Of a stretch of DNA of 38,899 bases, positions 1-17,626 are shown piece by piece. The notes beneath the pieces were generated by a model, which worked only from the letters and a program-made list of their open reading frames with translations, had not been told where the DNA came from and made no database searches. The DNA is from Polyangium jinanense. GTDB taxonomy: Bacteria; Myxococcota_A; Polyangia; Polyangiales; Polyangiaceae. Positions within the stretch are counted from its first letter, which is position 1. Every line of letters starts with the position of its first letter. The translations under genes were made by a program, and so were the position numbers. The stretch lies in NCBI RefSeq assembly GCF_028435265.1, contig NZ_JAGTJK010000012.1:1-38899 (forward strand). Direction: 5' to 3'.

Positions 1-791
1 TCGTCTTCCTCAACAAGTGTGACGCGGTGGACGACCCGGAGATGCTCGACCTCGTCGAGATGGAGGTCCGCGAGCTCCTCAACAAGTACAACTTCAACGG
101 CGACAACGCGCCGGTCGTCCGTGGTGCGTCGCTGCCTGCGCTTCAGGGTGACCCGAAGTGGGAGGCGAAGATCGGCGAGCTGCTCGACGCGCTCGACAGC
201 TACATCCCGGAGCCGGAGCGCGCGATCGACAAGCCGTTCCTCATGGCGATCGAGGACGTGTTCTCGATCAAGGGCCGCGGCACGGTGGCGACGGGTCGTA
301 TCGAGCGTGGCGTGGTCAAGGTCGGCGAAGAGGTCGAGATCATCGGCTTCAAGGACACGCGCAAGACCGTGGTCACGGGCGTCGAGATGTTCCGGAAGCT
401 GCTCGATCAGGGCATCGCCGGCGACAACGTCGGTTGCCTCCTGCGCGGCGTCGAGAAGGACGACATCGAGCGTGGCCAGGTCCTCGCGAAGCCGGGCTCG
501 ATCACCCCGCACACGGAGTTCTTGGGCGAGGTGTACGTCCTGAAGAAGGAGGAGGGCGGCCGTCACACGCCGTTCTTCACGAACTACCGCCCGCAGTTCT
601 ACATCCGGACGACGGACGTGACGGGCACCGTCAAGCTCCCCGAGGGGGTCAAGATGGTGATGCCGGGCGACAACATCACGATGAACATCGAGCTCATCGC
701 GCCGGTCGCGCTCGAGGAGCAGATGCGGTTCGCGATCCGCGAGGGTGGCAAGACCGTCGGCGCGGGCATCGTGACCAAGATCCTCAAGTAA
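1..791 (+). CDS. tuf: Elongation factor Tu, C-terminal part (5' end outside window)
   Basis: Translation ...[25 protein letters not shown]...[17 protein letters not shown] is the canonical EF-Tu domain 2/3 sequence. Reading frame is open from the window edge. TAA stop at 789-791. Confidence 0.95.
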   Translation, partial: VFLNKCDAVDDPEMLDLVEMEVRELLNKYNFNGDNAPVVRGASLPALQGDPKWEAKIGELLDALDSYIPEPERAIDKPFLMAIEDVFSIKGRGTVATGRIERGVVKVGEEVEIIGFKDTRKTVVTGVEMFRKLLDQGIAGDNVGCLLRGVEKDDIERGQVLAKPGSITPHTEFLGEVYVLKKEEGGRHTPFFTNYRPQFYIRTTDVTGTVKLPEGVKMVMPGDNITMNIELIAPVALEEQMRFAIREGGKTVGAGIVTKILK

Positions 792-797
792 CGAGGC

Positions 798-998
798 GTG
801 ATGTCGGTGCAGGGCGGCGGTTCCCGTGGCTCCGGTGGGGCCACGGGAGAACGAGGGACACGCATCCCGGTCTCGCTGGCCTGCACCGAGTGTACGGCGA
901 GGAACTACAAGACGACCAAGTCTCCCGGGGATTACGTAGAACTGAAGAAGTTCTGCAAGCAGTGCAAGAAGCACACGCTGCACCGGGAGACGAAGTAG
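798..998 (+). CDS. rpmG: 50S ribosomal protein L33 (zinc-ribbon type) with Gly-rich N-terminal extension
   Basis: C-terminal 45 aa [45 protein letters not shown] match the L33 family (CxxC...CxxC, ...TLHRETK end). Starts 6 nt after the tuf stop with GAGG upstream. Exact start uncertain (ATG 798/801 or GTG 807). Confidence 0.85.
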   Translation: MMSVQGGGSRGSGGATGERGTRIPVSLACTECTARNYKTTKSPGDYVELKKFCKQCKKHTLHRETK

Positions 999-1059
999 TC
1001 GGATCCGAAGTAGACGAACCGCTCGGCTCGTGGCATCTGTCCCGGGTCGAGTAGGTTGA

Positions 1060-1135
1060 AGGGGTATAGCTCAGCTGGTAGAGCAGCGGATTCCAAATCC
1101 GCAGGTCGGGAGTTCGAGCCTCTCTGCCCCTGCCC
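1060..1135 (+). tRNA. trnW: tRNA-Trp (anticodon CCA)
   Basis: Cloverleaf folded by hand. Acceptor AGGGGTA/TGCCCCT, D-arm GCTC-AGCTGGTA-GAGC, anticodon arm GCGGA-TTCCAAA-TCCGC (CCA), variable loop AGGTC, T-arm GGGAG-TTCGAGC-CTCTC, discriminator G, followed by CC. Position between rpmG and secE is the conserved location. Confidence 0.9.
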
Positions 1136-1279
1136 TCAAGGGCCCCTCCTTTCGCTGTCCGTTCAGCACCAGGTGGGGCCGCACGAAACGCCTCGCTCGA
1201 TCTCGCGAAAGCGAGCGGGCGAGGCGTAGATGTCGGTGACGCTGCTCGAAGCGGGATCCGGCACGTTTGGGAAACGGCG

Positions 1280-1939
1280 ATGGCGACACGACGAGAGAAA
1301 GACGAGGCACGGAAGGCCCAGAAAAAGGGCTCTGCGCCGGACTCCGCCCCGGATTCGGGTGCGGATGCTTCGCTTGCGGTGCGCAAGGGAATCGATCTCG
1401 ACGTGGCGCCCGACGCGGACGAAGTCGGCGAAGAGCACGACGAAGCTGCTGCAGAGGGCCCGGAAGGGCAGGCTCCTGGCGAAGAGGCCGGGGAAGACGG
1501 CGAGGTCGCGGCGGCGCGGCAGCTCGGGACCGACCGCTACGTGATGGCGGGGTTCTTCGGGGCGGCGATCCTCGGCGCGTACGTGCTTGGCAAGGCCATC
1601 CACGGGATCTGGAGCAACCTCTCGAACCGGGATTGGTTCAGCCGGGCGGTGCCTGCGCTCGCGGCGGTTGTGGATGAGGACAAGGCGACGTATGCGACCG
1701 TGATTGCGGGCGTCGTCGCGGTCATCGTCACGCTGCGGACCTATCGGCGTCCCGACGTGCGGGAGTGGACGGACGAGGTCGCTTCGGAGCTGATCAAGGT
1801 CAAGTGGCCGACCAAGAAGGACGTCACGAACTCAACCGTGGTGGTCATTGCGGCGAGCGCCGTGGCCACCCTTTATCTCGCGCTGCTCGACAGGTTGTGG
1901 TCGTTCGTGACGGGCATCGTCTACGGCACTGGAAGCTAG
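1280..1939 (+). CDS. secE: Preprotein translocase subunit SecE with long acidic N-terminal extension
   Basis: C-terminal region ELIKVKWPTKKDVTNSTVVVIAASAVATLYLALLDRLWSFV matches the SecE signature (KVxWP...E.. TM). Two further hydrophobic segments lie upstream. An alternative start at ATG 1544 would give a 132-aa SecE of E. coli-like size. Synteny is rpmG-tRNA-secE-nusG. Confidence 0.75.
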   Translation: MATRREKDEARKAQKKGSAPDSAPDSGADASLAVRKGIDLDVAPDADEVGEEHDEAAAEGPEGQAPGEEAGEDGEVAAARQLGTDRYVMAGFFGAAILGAYVLGKAIHGIWSNLSNRDWFSRAVPALAAVVDEDKATYATVIAGVVAVIVTLRTYRRPDVREWTDEVASELIKVKWPTKKDVTNSTVVVIAASAVATLYLALLDRLWSFVTGIVYGTGS

Positions 1940-1961
1940 GGCCGTTCGGGAGCCACGCGCC

Positions 1962-2492
1962 ATGGCGAAGAAGTGGTACGTCATTCATACCTACTCGGGC
2001 TACGAGGCAAAGGTGCGCGATGCGCTCCAGCAGCGAGCGAAGCAGCACGGCCTCGAGGACAAGATTGGCGAGATCTTGATCCCGAGTGAAACGGTCACGG
2101 AGAACCGTCCGGGGGGCAAGCAGCGGGTTCGCCAGAAGCTCAGCTTGCCTGGCTACATCTTCGCCGAGATGGAGATGAGCGAGACGGTGTGGCACCTCGT
2201 GAAGGACACGCCGAAGGTGACGGGCTTCATCGGCAACCAGACGCCGCAAGAGGTCCCGGCCCCGCAGATCGAGAGTCTGCGTCGAGGCATCGTGGAGGGC
2301 GCGGTCAAGCCGAAGCCCAAGCTCACGTTCGAGGTCGGCGAGGAGGTTCGCGTGCTCGACGGCGCGTTCGCCAACTTCACCGGGACCGTGGACGACGTGA
2401 AGATGGACAAGCAGAAGCTGAAGGTCAAGGTGTCGATCTTCGGCCGTCCGACCAGCGTGGAGCTCGATTTTTCTGCGGTAGAGAAGCGCTGA
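1962..2492 (+). CDS. nusG: Transcription termination/antitermination factor NusG
   Basis: MAKKWYVIHTYSGYEAKV... NGN domain, and C-terminal KOW (GAFANFTGTVDDV). 176 aa, immediately after secE. Confidence 0.95.
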   Translation: MAKKWYVIHTYSGYEAKVRDALQQRAKQHGLEDKIGEILIPSETVTENRPGGKQRVRQKLSLPGYIFAEMEMSETVWHLVKDTPKVTGFIGNQTPQEVPAPQIESLRRGIVEGAVKPKPKLTFEVGEEVRVLDGAFANFTGTVDDVKMDKQKLKVKVSIFGRPTSVELDFSAVEKR

Positions 2493-2547
2493 GCGACGCT
2501 CCGGGTCGGTACGAACAAGGTAGACGCAGCACAGAACGGGTAAAGCA

Positions 2548-2991
2548 ATGGCGAAGAAGGTCACCGGGTACGTCAAGCTTCAGCTTCCTGCGGGGAAGGC
2601 CAACCCCTCGCCGCCGGTCGGTCCTGCGCTCGGCCAGCACGGCGTGAACATCATGGCGTTCTGCAAGGACTTCAACTCGCGGACCGCCTCGCAGGGCGAC
2701 ATGATCATCCCGGTGGTGATCACGGTCTATTCGGACCGGTCGTTCACGTTCATCTTGAAGACGCCGCCCGCGTCGGTCCTTCTCAAGAAGGCCGCGGGGC
2801 TCGAGACGAAGAAGAAGCCTGGCTCGGGTTCGAAGGAGCCGAACAAGGTGAAGGTCGGCCAGGTGACGCGCAAGCAGCTCCAGGAGCTTGCGCAAATGAA
2901 GATGCAGGACATGAACACGACGAACCTCGATTCGGCGATGCGCAGCATGGCGGGTACGGCCCGCTCGATGGGCATCACGATCGTCGACTGA
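2548..2991 (+). CDS. rplK: 50S ribosomal protein L11
   Basis: [43 protein letters not shown] is the canonical L11 N-terminus. 147 aa. Confidence 0.95.
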   Translation: MAKKVTGYVKLQLPAGKANPSPPVGPALGQHGVNIMAFCKDFNSRTASQGDMIIPVVITVYSDRSFTFILKTPPASVLLKKAAGLETKKKPGSGSKEPNKVKVGQVTRKQLQELAQMKMQDMNTTNLDSAMRSMAGTARSMGITIVD

Positions 2992-3161
2992 GTTCGTCCT
3001 TCGCGCGCTCTGTCGCATCTCCGTTTGTCGGAGAAGCCGGCGACGGGCACGCGACCGCGTGAAAGCGCGGTTTTATAAGAGCACCCCCCACGTTGGGAGG
3101 AGAGCACCACGGTTAAAACGGCGCACCGTGGGAGGCGTAAGCCGATACAACAGGAGGGCAG
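2992..3161 (+). promoter_or_regulatory. Candidate L1-binding autoregulatory leader (unusual 170-nt rplK-rplA spacer)
   Basis: Non-coding 170 nt between rplK and rplA containing structured GC-rich segments (GGGAGGAGAGCACCACGG...CCGTGGGAGGCG imperfect dyad) and a strong SD (AGGAGGG) before the rplA ATG. rplK and rplA are normally adjacent. Confidence 0.3.
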
Positions 3162-3872
3162 ATGCCGAAAGTCGCCAAGAAACGCGCTGCGGCCCAGGCC
3201 ATGGTGGACCGCACGCGCAAGTACACGCTCCAAGAAGCGTGTGCGCTCGTAAAGCAGGCCGCATCGGCGAAGTTCGACGAGACCGTCGATATCGCTGTGC
3301 GGTTGGGCGTGAACCCGCGTCACGCGGACCAGATGGTTCGCGGCGCCGTGGTCATGCCGGCCGGAACGGGCCAGTCGGTCCGCGTCCTCGTCTTCGCCAA
3401 GGGCGAAAAGGCGAAGGAAGCGGAAGCGGCGGGCGCCGATTTCGTCGGTGAGGCCGACCTGGTGAACAAGATCCAGGAAGGCTTCATGGACTTCGACCGC
3501 GTGATCGCTACGCCCGACATGATGGGTTTGGTCGGTAAGCTCGGTCGTATCCTCGGTCCGCGAGGCCTCATGCCGAACCCGAAGGTCGGCACCGTCACCG
3601 TCGATGTGAAGACGGCGGTGTCCGAAGCGAAGGCCGGCAAGGTGGAGTACCGCGTCGAGAAGGCGGGCATCGTGCACGCTCGGATCGGCAAGGCCTCCTT
3701 CAAGGAGGACGCGCTCGCCAAGAACGCGGAGGCCTTGATTCAGGCTCTCATTCGCGCGAAGCCGTCGACGGCGAAGGGGGTGTACCTCCGGAGCATCACG
3801 TTGTCTTCGACGATGGGGCCGGGCGTCCGGATTGACCCGGTGCACCTCAGCGACAAGGGTGAGGAGGGCTGA
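3162..3872 (+). CDS. rplA: 50S ribosomal protein L1
   Basis: [26 protein letters not shown]... 236 aa, L1 family. Confidence 0.95.
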   Translation: MPKVAKKRAAAQAMVDRTRKYTLQEACALVKQAASAKFDETVDIAVRLGVNPRHADQMVRGAVVMPAGTGQSVRVLVFAKGEKAKEAEAAGADFVGEADLVNKIQEGFMDFDRVIATPDMMGLVGKLGRILGPRGLMPNPKVGTVTVDVKTAVSEAKAGKVEYRVEKAGIVHARIGKASFKEDALAKNAEALIQALIRAKPSTAKGVYLRSITLSSTMGPGVRIDPVHLSDKGEEG

Positions 3873-3874
3873 TC

Positions 3875-4411
3875 ATGGAGCGCACGGAGAAAGAGGCTCT
3901 GGTCGGCGAGGTCAAGCAGCGATTCGATCGCATGACCTCGGCGGTCTTCCTCGACTTCACGGGGCTCAACGTCGCAGTGGTCACGAAGCTGCGCGACGAG
4001 TTCCGGAAGGCGGGCGTCGAGTATCGAGTCGTGAAAAACACGCTCGTTCGTCACGCGATCAAGCATCACGCGTGGTCGAAGAAGCTCGACGACACGCTGG
4101 TCGGGATGACCGGGATCGCCTGGAGTTACGAGGATCCCAGCGCCGCCGCGAAGGTCGTAAAGGCCTTCCGCAAGGACAAAGAGCACGAGAAGCTGAAGAT
4201 CAAGGCGGGCCTCATCGAGGGCCAGATTCTCGACGCCGAAGGCGTGGAGAATCAGCTCGCGTCGATGCCCGGCAAGGACGAGCTCAGGGCGACGCTGCTT
4301 GCCACGTTGCAGGCGCCTCTCCAGCAGTTCTTGCAGCAGCTCAACGCGCCTCTTCAGAACTTCGCGTACCTGTTGAAGGCCAAGGAGGACGCGGCGGGCG
4401 GGGCGGGCTGA
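3875..4411 (+). CDS. rplJ: 50S ribosomal protein L10
   Basis: MERTEKEALVGEVKQRFDRMTSAVFLDFTGLNV... 178 aa, L10 family. Start 3 nt after the rplA stop (coupled). Confidence 0.95.
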   Translation: MERTEKEALVGEVKQRFDRMTSAVFLDFTGLNVAVVTKLRDEFRKAGVEYRVVKNTLVRHAIKHHAWSKKLDDTLVGMTGIAWSYEDPSAAAKVVKAFRKDKEHEKLKIKAGLIEGQILDAEGVENQLASMPGKDELRATLLATLQAPLQQFLQQLNAPLQNFAYLLKAKEDAAGGAG

Positions 4412-4492
4412 GCCCACGTTCCGGGTCCGATCGTGGTCGGGGCGAAGGGGGACCGGAGGTGGTCCGGAGCTCCAAACGCTCGACCAGTGAGA

Positions 4493-4517
4493 AAGGGCAT
4501 TGCGCCCTTCGGGTTTT
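4493..4517 (+). terminator. Hairpin plus T4 (possible attenuator) in rplJ-rplL spacer
   Basis: AAGGGC-attgc-GCCCTT 6-bp stem followed by cggg then TTTT. Confidence 0.25.
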
Positions 4518-4584
4518 GATCTACAGACGCGCCCCGGGGTACTCATCCCACCGCGGCGCGCAGACGGTTTGAAGGAGTCTCGTC

Positions 4585-4977
4585 ATGGCTGAGATCACGC
4601 GGGAGCAGGTCGTCGATTACCTTTCCAACCTGCCGGTCATCCAGATCGCCGAGCTCATCAAGGAGCTCGAGAACAAGTGGGGCGTGAAGGCTGCTCCGGC
4701 GGCGGTGGCGGTTGCTGCTGCTCCTGGTGGCGGTGGTGGTGAGGCTGCGCCCAAGGCCGAGGAGAAGACCGAGTTCGACGTCGTGCTGGCGAACGCCGGC
4801 GCGAACAAGATCGCGGTCATCAAGGCGGTCCGCGAGATCACGGGCCTTGGCCTCAAGGAGGCGAAGGACCTGGTCGAGGGCGCGCCCAAGAACGTGAAGG
4901 AAGCGGTCTCCAAGGCCGACGCCGAGGAGATGAAGAAGAAGCTCACCGAGGCAGGTGCGACGGTCGAGCTCAAGTAA
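4585..4977 (+). CDS. rplL: 50S ribosomal protein L7/L12
   Basis: [34 protein letters not shown]...Ala/Gly hinge...[28 protein letters not shown]... 130 aa. Confidence 0.95.
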   Translation: MAEITREQVVDYLSNLPVIQIAELIKELENKWGVKAAPAAVAVAAAPGGGGGEAAPKAEEKTEFDVVLANAGANKIAVIKAVREITGLGLKEAKDLVEGAPKNVKEAVSKADAEEMKKKLTEAGATVELK

Positions 4978-5024
4978 GGATCCGAGCTTCCCGTTCAGGG
5001 ACAGCGCGATCCGCCATGCGACGG

Positions 5025-5066
5025 CGGCAGGGGCGAACGTCCCTGCCGCGCGTCGAGTTTTGTCTT
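5025..5066 (+). terminator. Candidate rplL-rpoB attenuator (partial terminator)
   Basis: GGCAGGG-gcgaacgt-CCCTGCC 7-bp perfect stem, then gcgcgtcgag, then TTTTGTCTTT. Location corresponds to the known attenuator between rplL and rpoB in other bacteria. Confidence 0.4.
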
Positions 5067-5249
5067 TGGGGGGTTTGCTGCTGCGTCTGTCGCGTGATTC
5101 GAGCGCGTCTTCCAGGTCGCGGTAGCGCAGCCGAGTTTGTCCGTCGCCGGGACCTTTGATGGCTGTTTCGTAGCTTCGAGGCTGATGCTCGGTTCGTGGA
5201 GCGCGCGGGGAACGAGCCCTGCGCACCCGTAGGAGCCGGAGGAATATCG

Positions 5250-9377
<4,128 letters not shown>

Positions 9378-9383
9378 TGCCGA

Positions 9384-13715
<4,332 letters not shown>

Positions 13716-13766
13716 GCTGCAGGGTAGGGGGGTCGTCGTCGCCGACGGCCTCCTGACCCCAAAGCC

Positions 13767-13810
13767 GCACGCCCGCCCTGTCTTCAGGCGCGGGCGTGCG
13801 CTTTTTGTTC
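13767..13810 (+). terminator. Rho-independent terminator of the rpoBC operon
   Basis: GCACGCCCGCC-ctgtcttcag-GCGCGGGCGTGC perfect GC-rich stem immediately followed by GCTTTTTGTTC. Confidence 0.85.
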
Positions 13811-13913
13811 GGCCAGGCACGCGCCGTCCCCTGTCGATCCGCCGGAGGACTGCTGCTTCGGCGGGTCTTGGGATACCCCGTCGTTGCGGACATGTACTAT
13901 CTCTGCACTCGCG

Positions 13914-16091
13914 ATGTCCGTGCTCGGCACCAACCAGCGTGTCGCTGATCGCCTGCTCTCCGACGGCCGGATCGCGGCCGAGGAGCATCGGCGCGCCGTG
14001 GATCACGCGAGCCGTCAGCGCGGCCGGATCGAGGATTCGCTCATCGAGCTCGACATCCTGCCCGAGGGAGATCTCCTCAAGTACGTCGCGACGCTGCACA
14101 ACACGCGGTTCGTCTCGACCGAAAAGCTCGCGAAGGCCGCGATCGAGCCGCGCGTGCTCGGACGCGTCTTGCCGAAGACCGCGAAGATGCACGGCGTCTT
14201 TCCGGTGCTGCTCGACGAGGCGAAGTCGGTGCTCTCCGTCGTCACCGCGGATCCCGACAACGACGCTGCGATCCACGAGGTGAAGCTCGCGGCGGGCGTG
14301 CGCGAAGTGCGCGCGCTCGTGGCTCGGCCGGCCGCGGTGCGCGCTGCGATCGCGCGGCATTACTTCAAGGAGGTTTCCGCCTTCGAGGCGCTCCTCCGTC
14401 CGGTCGCGACGAACGCCCAGACCGGCGACTTCATCGACATCGAGCTCGGCCCCGCGCCGGCGCGCCCTGCGACGGGGCCCATTCCTTCGCCGGCTGCGTC
14501 GCCGCGCAACCCGGGCGTGCAGGCGCCGCCGCCGCCGCGCGCGCCGATGCCCACGTCTCCCTCCGCGACCGGACAAACCAGCCCCACCGGCGCGCGTGAG
14601 CAGACGCAGCCCTCGGTGCACACGGGCAGCACACAGCCTTCCCTGAACGGCGGCCACGCGCCGATCACGGCGACCGCGCAGACGTCGCCGAGTGGAGGGC
14701 AACCGCCGACCACGCAGGTGCGTGCGTTGACGGGGACCGCGCCTTCGCCCACGCCGCCGCCGCCTCCGGTCCCGATCCTCACGCCGATCGAGACGCACGA
14801 GTACATCGAGACGCTCAACGTCCTCGTGAGCTTGCTCGAAGCGAACCGCCAGGATCTGCGTGGTCACTCGGCTGTCGTCGCGCGCCTCTGCCGCCGCACG
14901 TGCGAGCGCATCGGCCTCGCGCCTGCGCACGTCGCCGCGTTTGTCGTGGCTGCGTACCTGCACGATCTCGGCAAGATGGGCGCGTATCACCTCACCGCGC
15001 TGAACGTCGCCGAGTACGAGGGACATCGCGTCGCGGGCCTCAAGGCCGTCGCGCTCCCGGCGCAGCTCATGGGGTCCGTGGGCCTGCCGGCGGAGACCGT
15101 GGCCGCGCTCCAGGCCATGTACGAGCGGTACGATGGCCGCGGCTTGCCGCATGGCCTCGCGGGCAAGGAGATCCCGCTCGGCGCGCGTATCCTCGCCGTC
15201 GCGGACACCTACGCCGACCTCACGCAGAACCCGCGCAACCCCTTCCGCAAGATCCTCCGCCCGGCCGAGGCGTGCGACGTGCTCGCCGGGTATCGCGGCA
15301 CCGTCTTCGATCCGAACATCGTCGACCTCTTCCGTCACGAGGTCACGGGCGACGACATGCGCGCGCGGCTTTTGTCGGAGCGGTACACGGTGCTCGTCAT
15401 CGATCCGGATCCCGAGGAGACCACGGTGCTCGAGCTTCGCCTCATCGAGCAGGGCTTCGAAGTGCGCGTCGCGCGGACCGTGGCGCAGGCGTGGCGCGAG
15501 CTCGAAGGCGGCGAGATCGCGGCCGTCGTCAGCGAGATCGACCTCGAGGAGCCGGAGATGGGCCTCGCGCTCCGTGCCGACGCGCAGAAGGAGTCGTGGG
15601 GACGCGGGATCACGTGGGTGATCCTCACGCGCAAGAACGACCGCCACAGCGCGCAGAAGGCCTTTGATCTCGGCGTCGACGACTTCGTCTCGAAGCCGAC
15701 GTCCGCGGACATCTTCGCGGCAAAACTCCGTCAGCTCGTGGAGCGCCGTGTCGCGCGCGGCGGTGGGCGCGGCGTGACCGGATCGCTCGCGGAGATGAGC
15801 ATCCCGGACATGGTCCAGGTTCTCTGGCATGGCCGCAAGACGTGCGCGCTCCGGATCCAGACGGGCAAGGGCACGGGCGAGATCCACTTCGCCGAGGGGC
15901 AGGTCGTGGACGCGCGCTGGGAGCAGGTCGTCGGCGAAGAGGCCTTCTACCGGATGCTCGCGCTGAACGAGGGCGAGTTCCGGCTCGAACCGGGCGTCGA
16001 GCCTTCGGGGCGCACGATCGCCGTATCGCCCGAGGCGCTCTTGCTCGAAGGCATGCGCCGCCTCGACGAGGGCATGCTGCACGCTCCGTAA
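13914..16091 (+). CDS. Multidomain c-di-GMP-related signalling protein: MshEN (T2SSE_N) - Pro-rich linker - degenerate HD-GYP - REC - DUF4388
   Basis: N-terminus RVADRLLSDGRIAAEEHRRAV...RIEDSLIELDILPEGDLLKYVATLH fits the two tandem MshEN/GspE-N c-di-GMP-binding motifs. HD domain GHSAVVARL...LHDLGK. HD-GYP motif IV/V region reads MYERYDGRGLP instead of HHExxDGxGYP. Receiver-like segment YTVLVIDPDPEE...VVSEIDLEE...VILTR...VSKP. C-terminal SLAEMSIPDMVQVLWHGRKTCALRIQTGKGTGEIHFAEGQVVDA...GEFRLEPG matches DUF4388. Start uncertain (TTG 13884 opens the ORF; first ATG 13914). Confidence 0.85.
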   Translation: MSVLGTNQRVADRLLSDGRIAAEEHRRAVDHASRQRGRIEDSLIELDILPEGDLLKYVATLHNTRFVSTEKLAKAAIEPRVLGRVLPKTAKMHGVFPVLLDEAKSVLSVVTADPDNDAAIHEVKLAAGVREVRALVARPAAVRAAIARHYFKEVSAFEALLRPVATNAQTGDFIDIELGPAPARPATGPIPSPAASPRNPGVQAPPPPRAPMPTSPSATGQTSPTGAREQTQPSVHTGSTQPSLNGGHAPITATAQTSPSGGQPPTTQVRALTGTAPSPTPPPPPVPILTPIETHEYIETLNVLVSLLEANRQDLRGHSAVVARLCRRTCERIGLAPAHVAAFVVAAYLHDLGKMGAYHLTALNVAEYEGHRVAGLKAVALPAQLMGSVGLPAETVAALQAMYERYDGRGLPHGLAGKEIPLGARILAVADTYADLTQNPRNPFRKILRPAEACDVLAGYRGTVFDPNIVDLFRHEVTGDDMRARLLSERYTVLVIDPDPEETTVLELRLIEQGFEVRVARTVAQAWRELEGGEIAAVVSEIDLEEPEMGLALRADAQKESWGRGITWVILTRKNDRHSAQKAFDLGVDDFVSKPTSADIFAAKLRQLVERRVARGGGRGVTGSLAEMSIPDMVQVLWHGRKTCALRIQTGKGTGEIHFAEGQVVDARWEQVVGEEAFYRMLALNEGEFRLEPGVEPSGRTIAVSPEALLLEGMRRLDEGMLHAP

Positions 16092-16252
16092 GGGGCGTTT
16101 CCCCTCCGCTTTCTTTTGCGAATCTCCAGCCGTTGTCGGTCCGTGGAGCGTCGAGACGCGTAGAGTGAAAAGGCTACGCGCCTTCATGGGGGGTCGCGTA
16201 GCGGAAGCGTCCCTCGCTCGGCCTTGCCGGGCCCTTGCCTTGGAGGATCGTG

Positions 16253-17626
16253 ATGAAGCTCCTTCGCGCCCTCGCCTTGTCCTTGCCCTTCCTCGTGGTG
16301 CCCGCCCTCTACGCGACCGATTCGAATGCGTGTGGCGGGTGCTTCATCACCCAGCAGGAGACCACGCAGGTCACGGGCCACCGCATGGTTCTTTCGATCT
16401 CGAACGATCGGACGACCCTTTGGGATCAAATCACCTACGCGGGGGATCCGTCCTCGTTCGCGTGGCTCCTGCCGATCAAGGGGCAGGTCGACATCGGGCT
16501 CTCGTCCGACGCGGTCTTTGGCGCGCTCGAACAGGCCACACAGGTCTCGGTCCTCTCGCCCTCGATCAACTGCCTTCCGCCCGACTGCGTGGGCGCGCCG
16601 AGCGCGGGCGGCGACAACGACTCGGGCTCGGGCGGCGCGGGCGGCGGCGTCGAGGTCATCGCCGAGGAGGTCGTCGGCCCGTACGCGACCGTGCAGCTCT
16701 CGTCGCAGGATCCGAACGCGCTCGCGAACTGGCTGCTCTCGAACGGCTACAACATCCCGCCCGACATCAAGCCGATCGTCGACGCGTACGTGAACGAGGG
16801 CTTCGACTTCCTCGCCCTCAAGCTCGTGCCTGGCCAGGGCATCAACTCGATGCGCCCCGTGCGCGTCACCTCGCTCGGCGCGGTCCCGGTCCTGCCGCTG
16901 CGCATGGTCGCCGCGGGCACGGGCGCGCTCACGCCGATCACGCTCTGGGTCCTCGGCGAGGGCCGCTACGAGCCGACGAACTTCCCGAGCTTCCAGATCA
17001 AGCCCGCGGATCTCGTGTGGAACTGGGACACGCAATCGAGCAACTACAAGGACCTCAAGCAGCAGAGCTTCGACACGTCGGGCGGCAAGGCGTGGCTCGT
17101 CGAGGCGGGCGAGCCGCTCTCGCGTTACTGGATCGAGGACAATCTCAAATACACGGCCGAGTTCGACCCCGAGAACAGCGGCTACGGCGGCGATCCGATG
17201 GGCCCGAGCGCGCTCGAGGAATGCGTGGAGGACATGGCCGCGCTCTTCGGCGCGATCCCCGAAAACAACCTCTGGGTGACTCGCATCCACGCGGAGCTCT
17301 CGCGCGAGGCGCTGAAGACCGACCTCACGCTGGGCGCGTCGAACGACCAGTCGTACGTCGAGCGATGGCTCCAGGTCACGACCGCCGTCGGCACGCCGCC
17401 CGCGTGTCCGCCGCCGCCGGAGTGGTGCTCCGACCCGGGCGGGCCGATCACCGACCCCGACGTGAACCCCTGGGACAATGGCTTCGGCGTGGGCGAGGAC
17501 GACCCGAACCCGGGCTCGAAGAGCGCGGGCTGCGCCGTCGGCGGCGAGGCGGGCATGCCCGCGGCGCTCGGGCTCCTGGGCGGCGCGATGTTGCTTTCGG
17601 TCGCGCGCCGCCGTCGCCGCCGGTGA
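16253..17626 (+). CDS. Secreted cell-surface protein with MYXO-CTERM sorting signal (DUF2330-like)
   Basis: Signal peptide MKLLRALALSLPFLVVPALYA (GGAGG 7 nt upstream of ATG 16253). C-terminus SAGCAVGGEAGMPAALGLLGGAMLLSVARRRRRR has the Cys motif, hydrophobic span and Arg tail of the MYXO-CTERM tripartite signal. Body resembles DUF2330 family from memory (not verifiable here). Confidence 0.8.
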   Translation: MKLLRALALSLPFLVVPALYATDSNACGGCFITQQETTQVTGHRMVLSISNDRTTLWDQITYAGDPSSFAWLLPIKGQVDIGLSSDAVFGALEQATQVSVLSPSINCLPPDCVGAPSAGGDNDSGSGGAGGGVEVIAEEVVGPYATVQLSSQDPNALANWLLSNGYNIPPDIKPIVDAYVNEGFDFLALKLVPGQGINSMRPVRVTSLGAVPVLPLRMVAAGTGALTPITLWVLGEGRYEPTNFPSFQIKPADLVWNWDTQSSNYKDLKQQSFDTSGGKAWLVEAGEPLSRYWIEDNLKYTAEFDPENSGYGGDPMGPSALEECVEDMAALFGAIPENNLWVTRIHAELSREALKTDLTLGASNDQSYVERWLQVTTAVGTPPACPPPPEWCSDPGGPITDPDVNPWDNGFGVGEDDPNPGSKSAGCAVGGEAGMPAALGLLGGAMLLSVARRRRRR

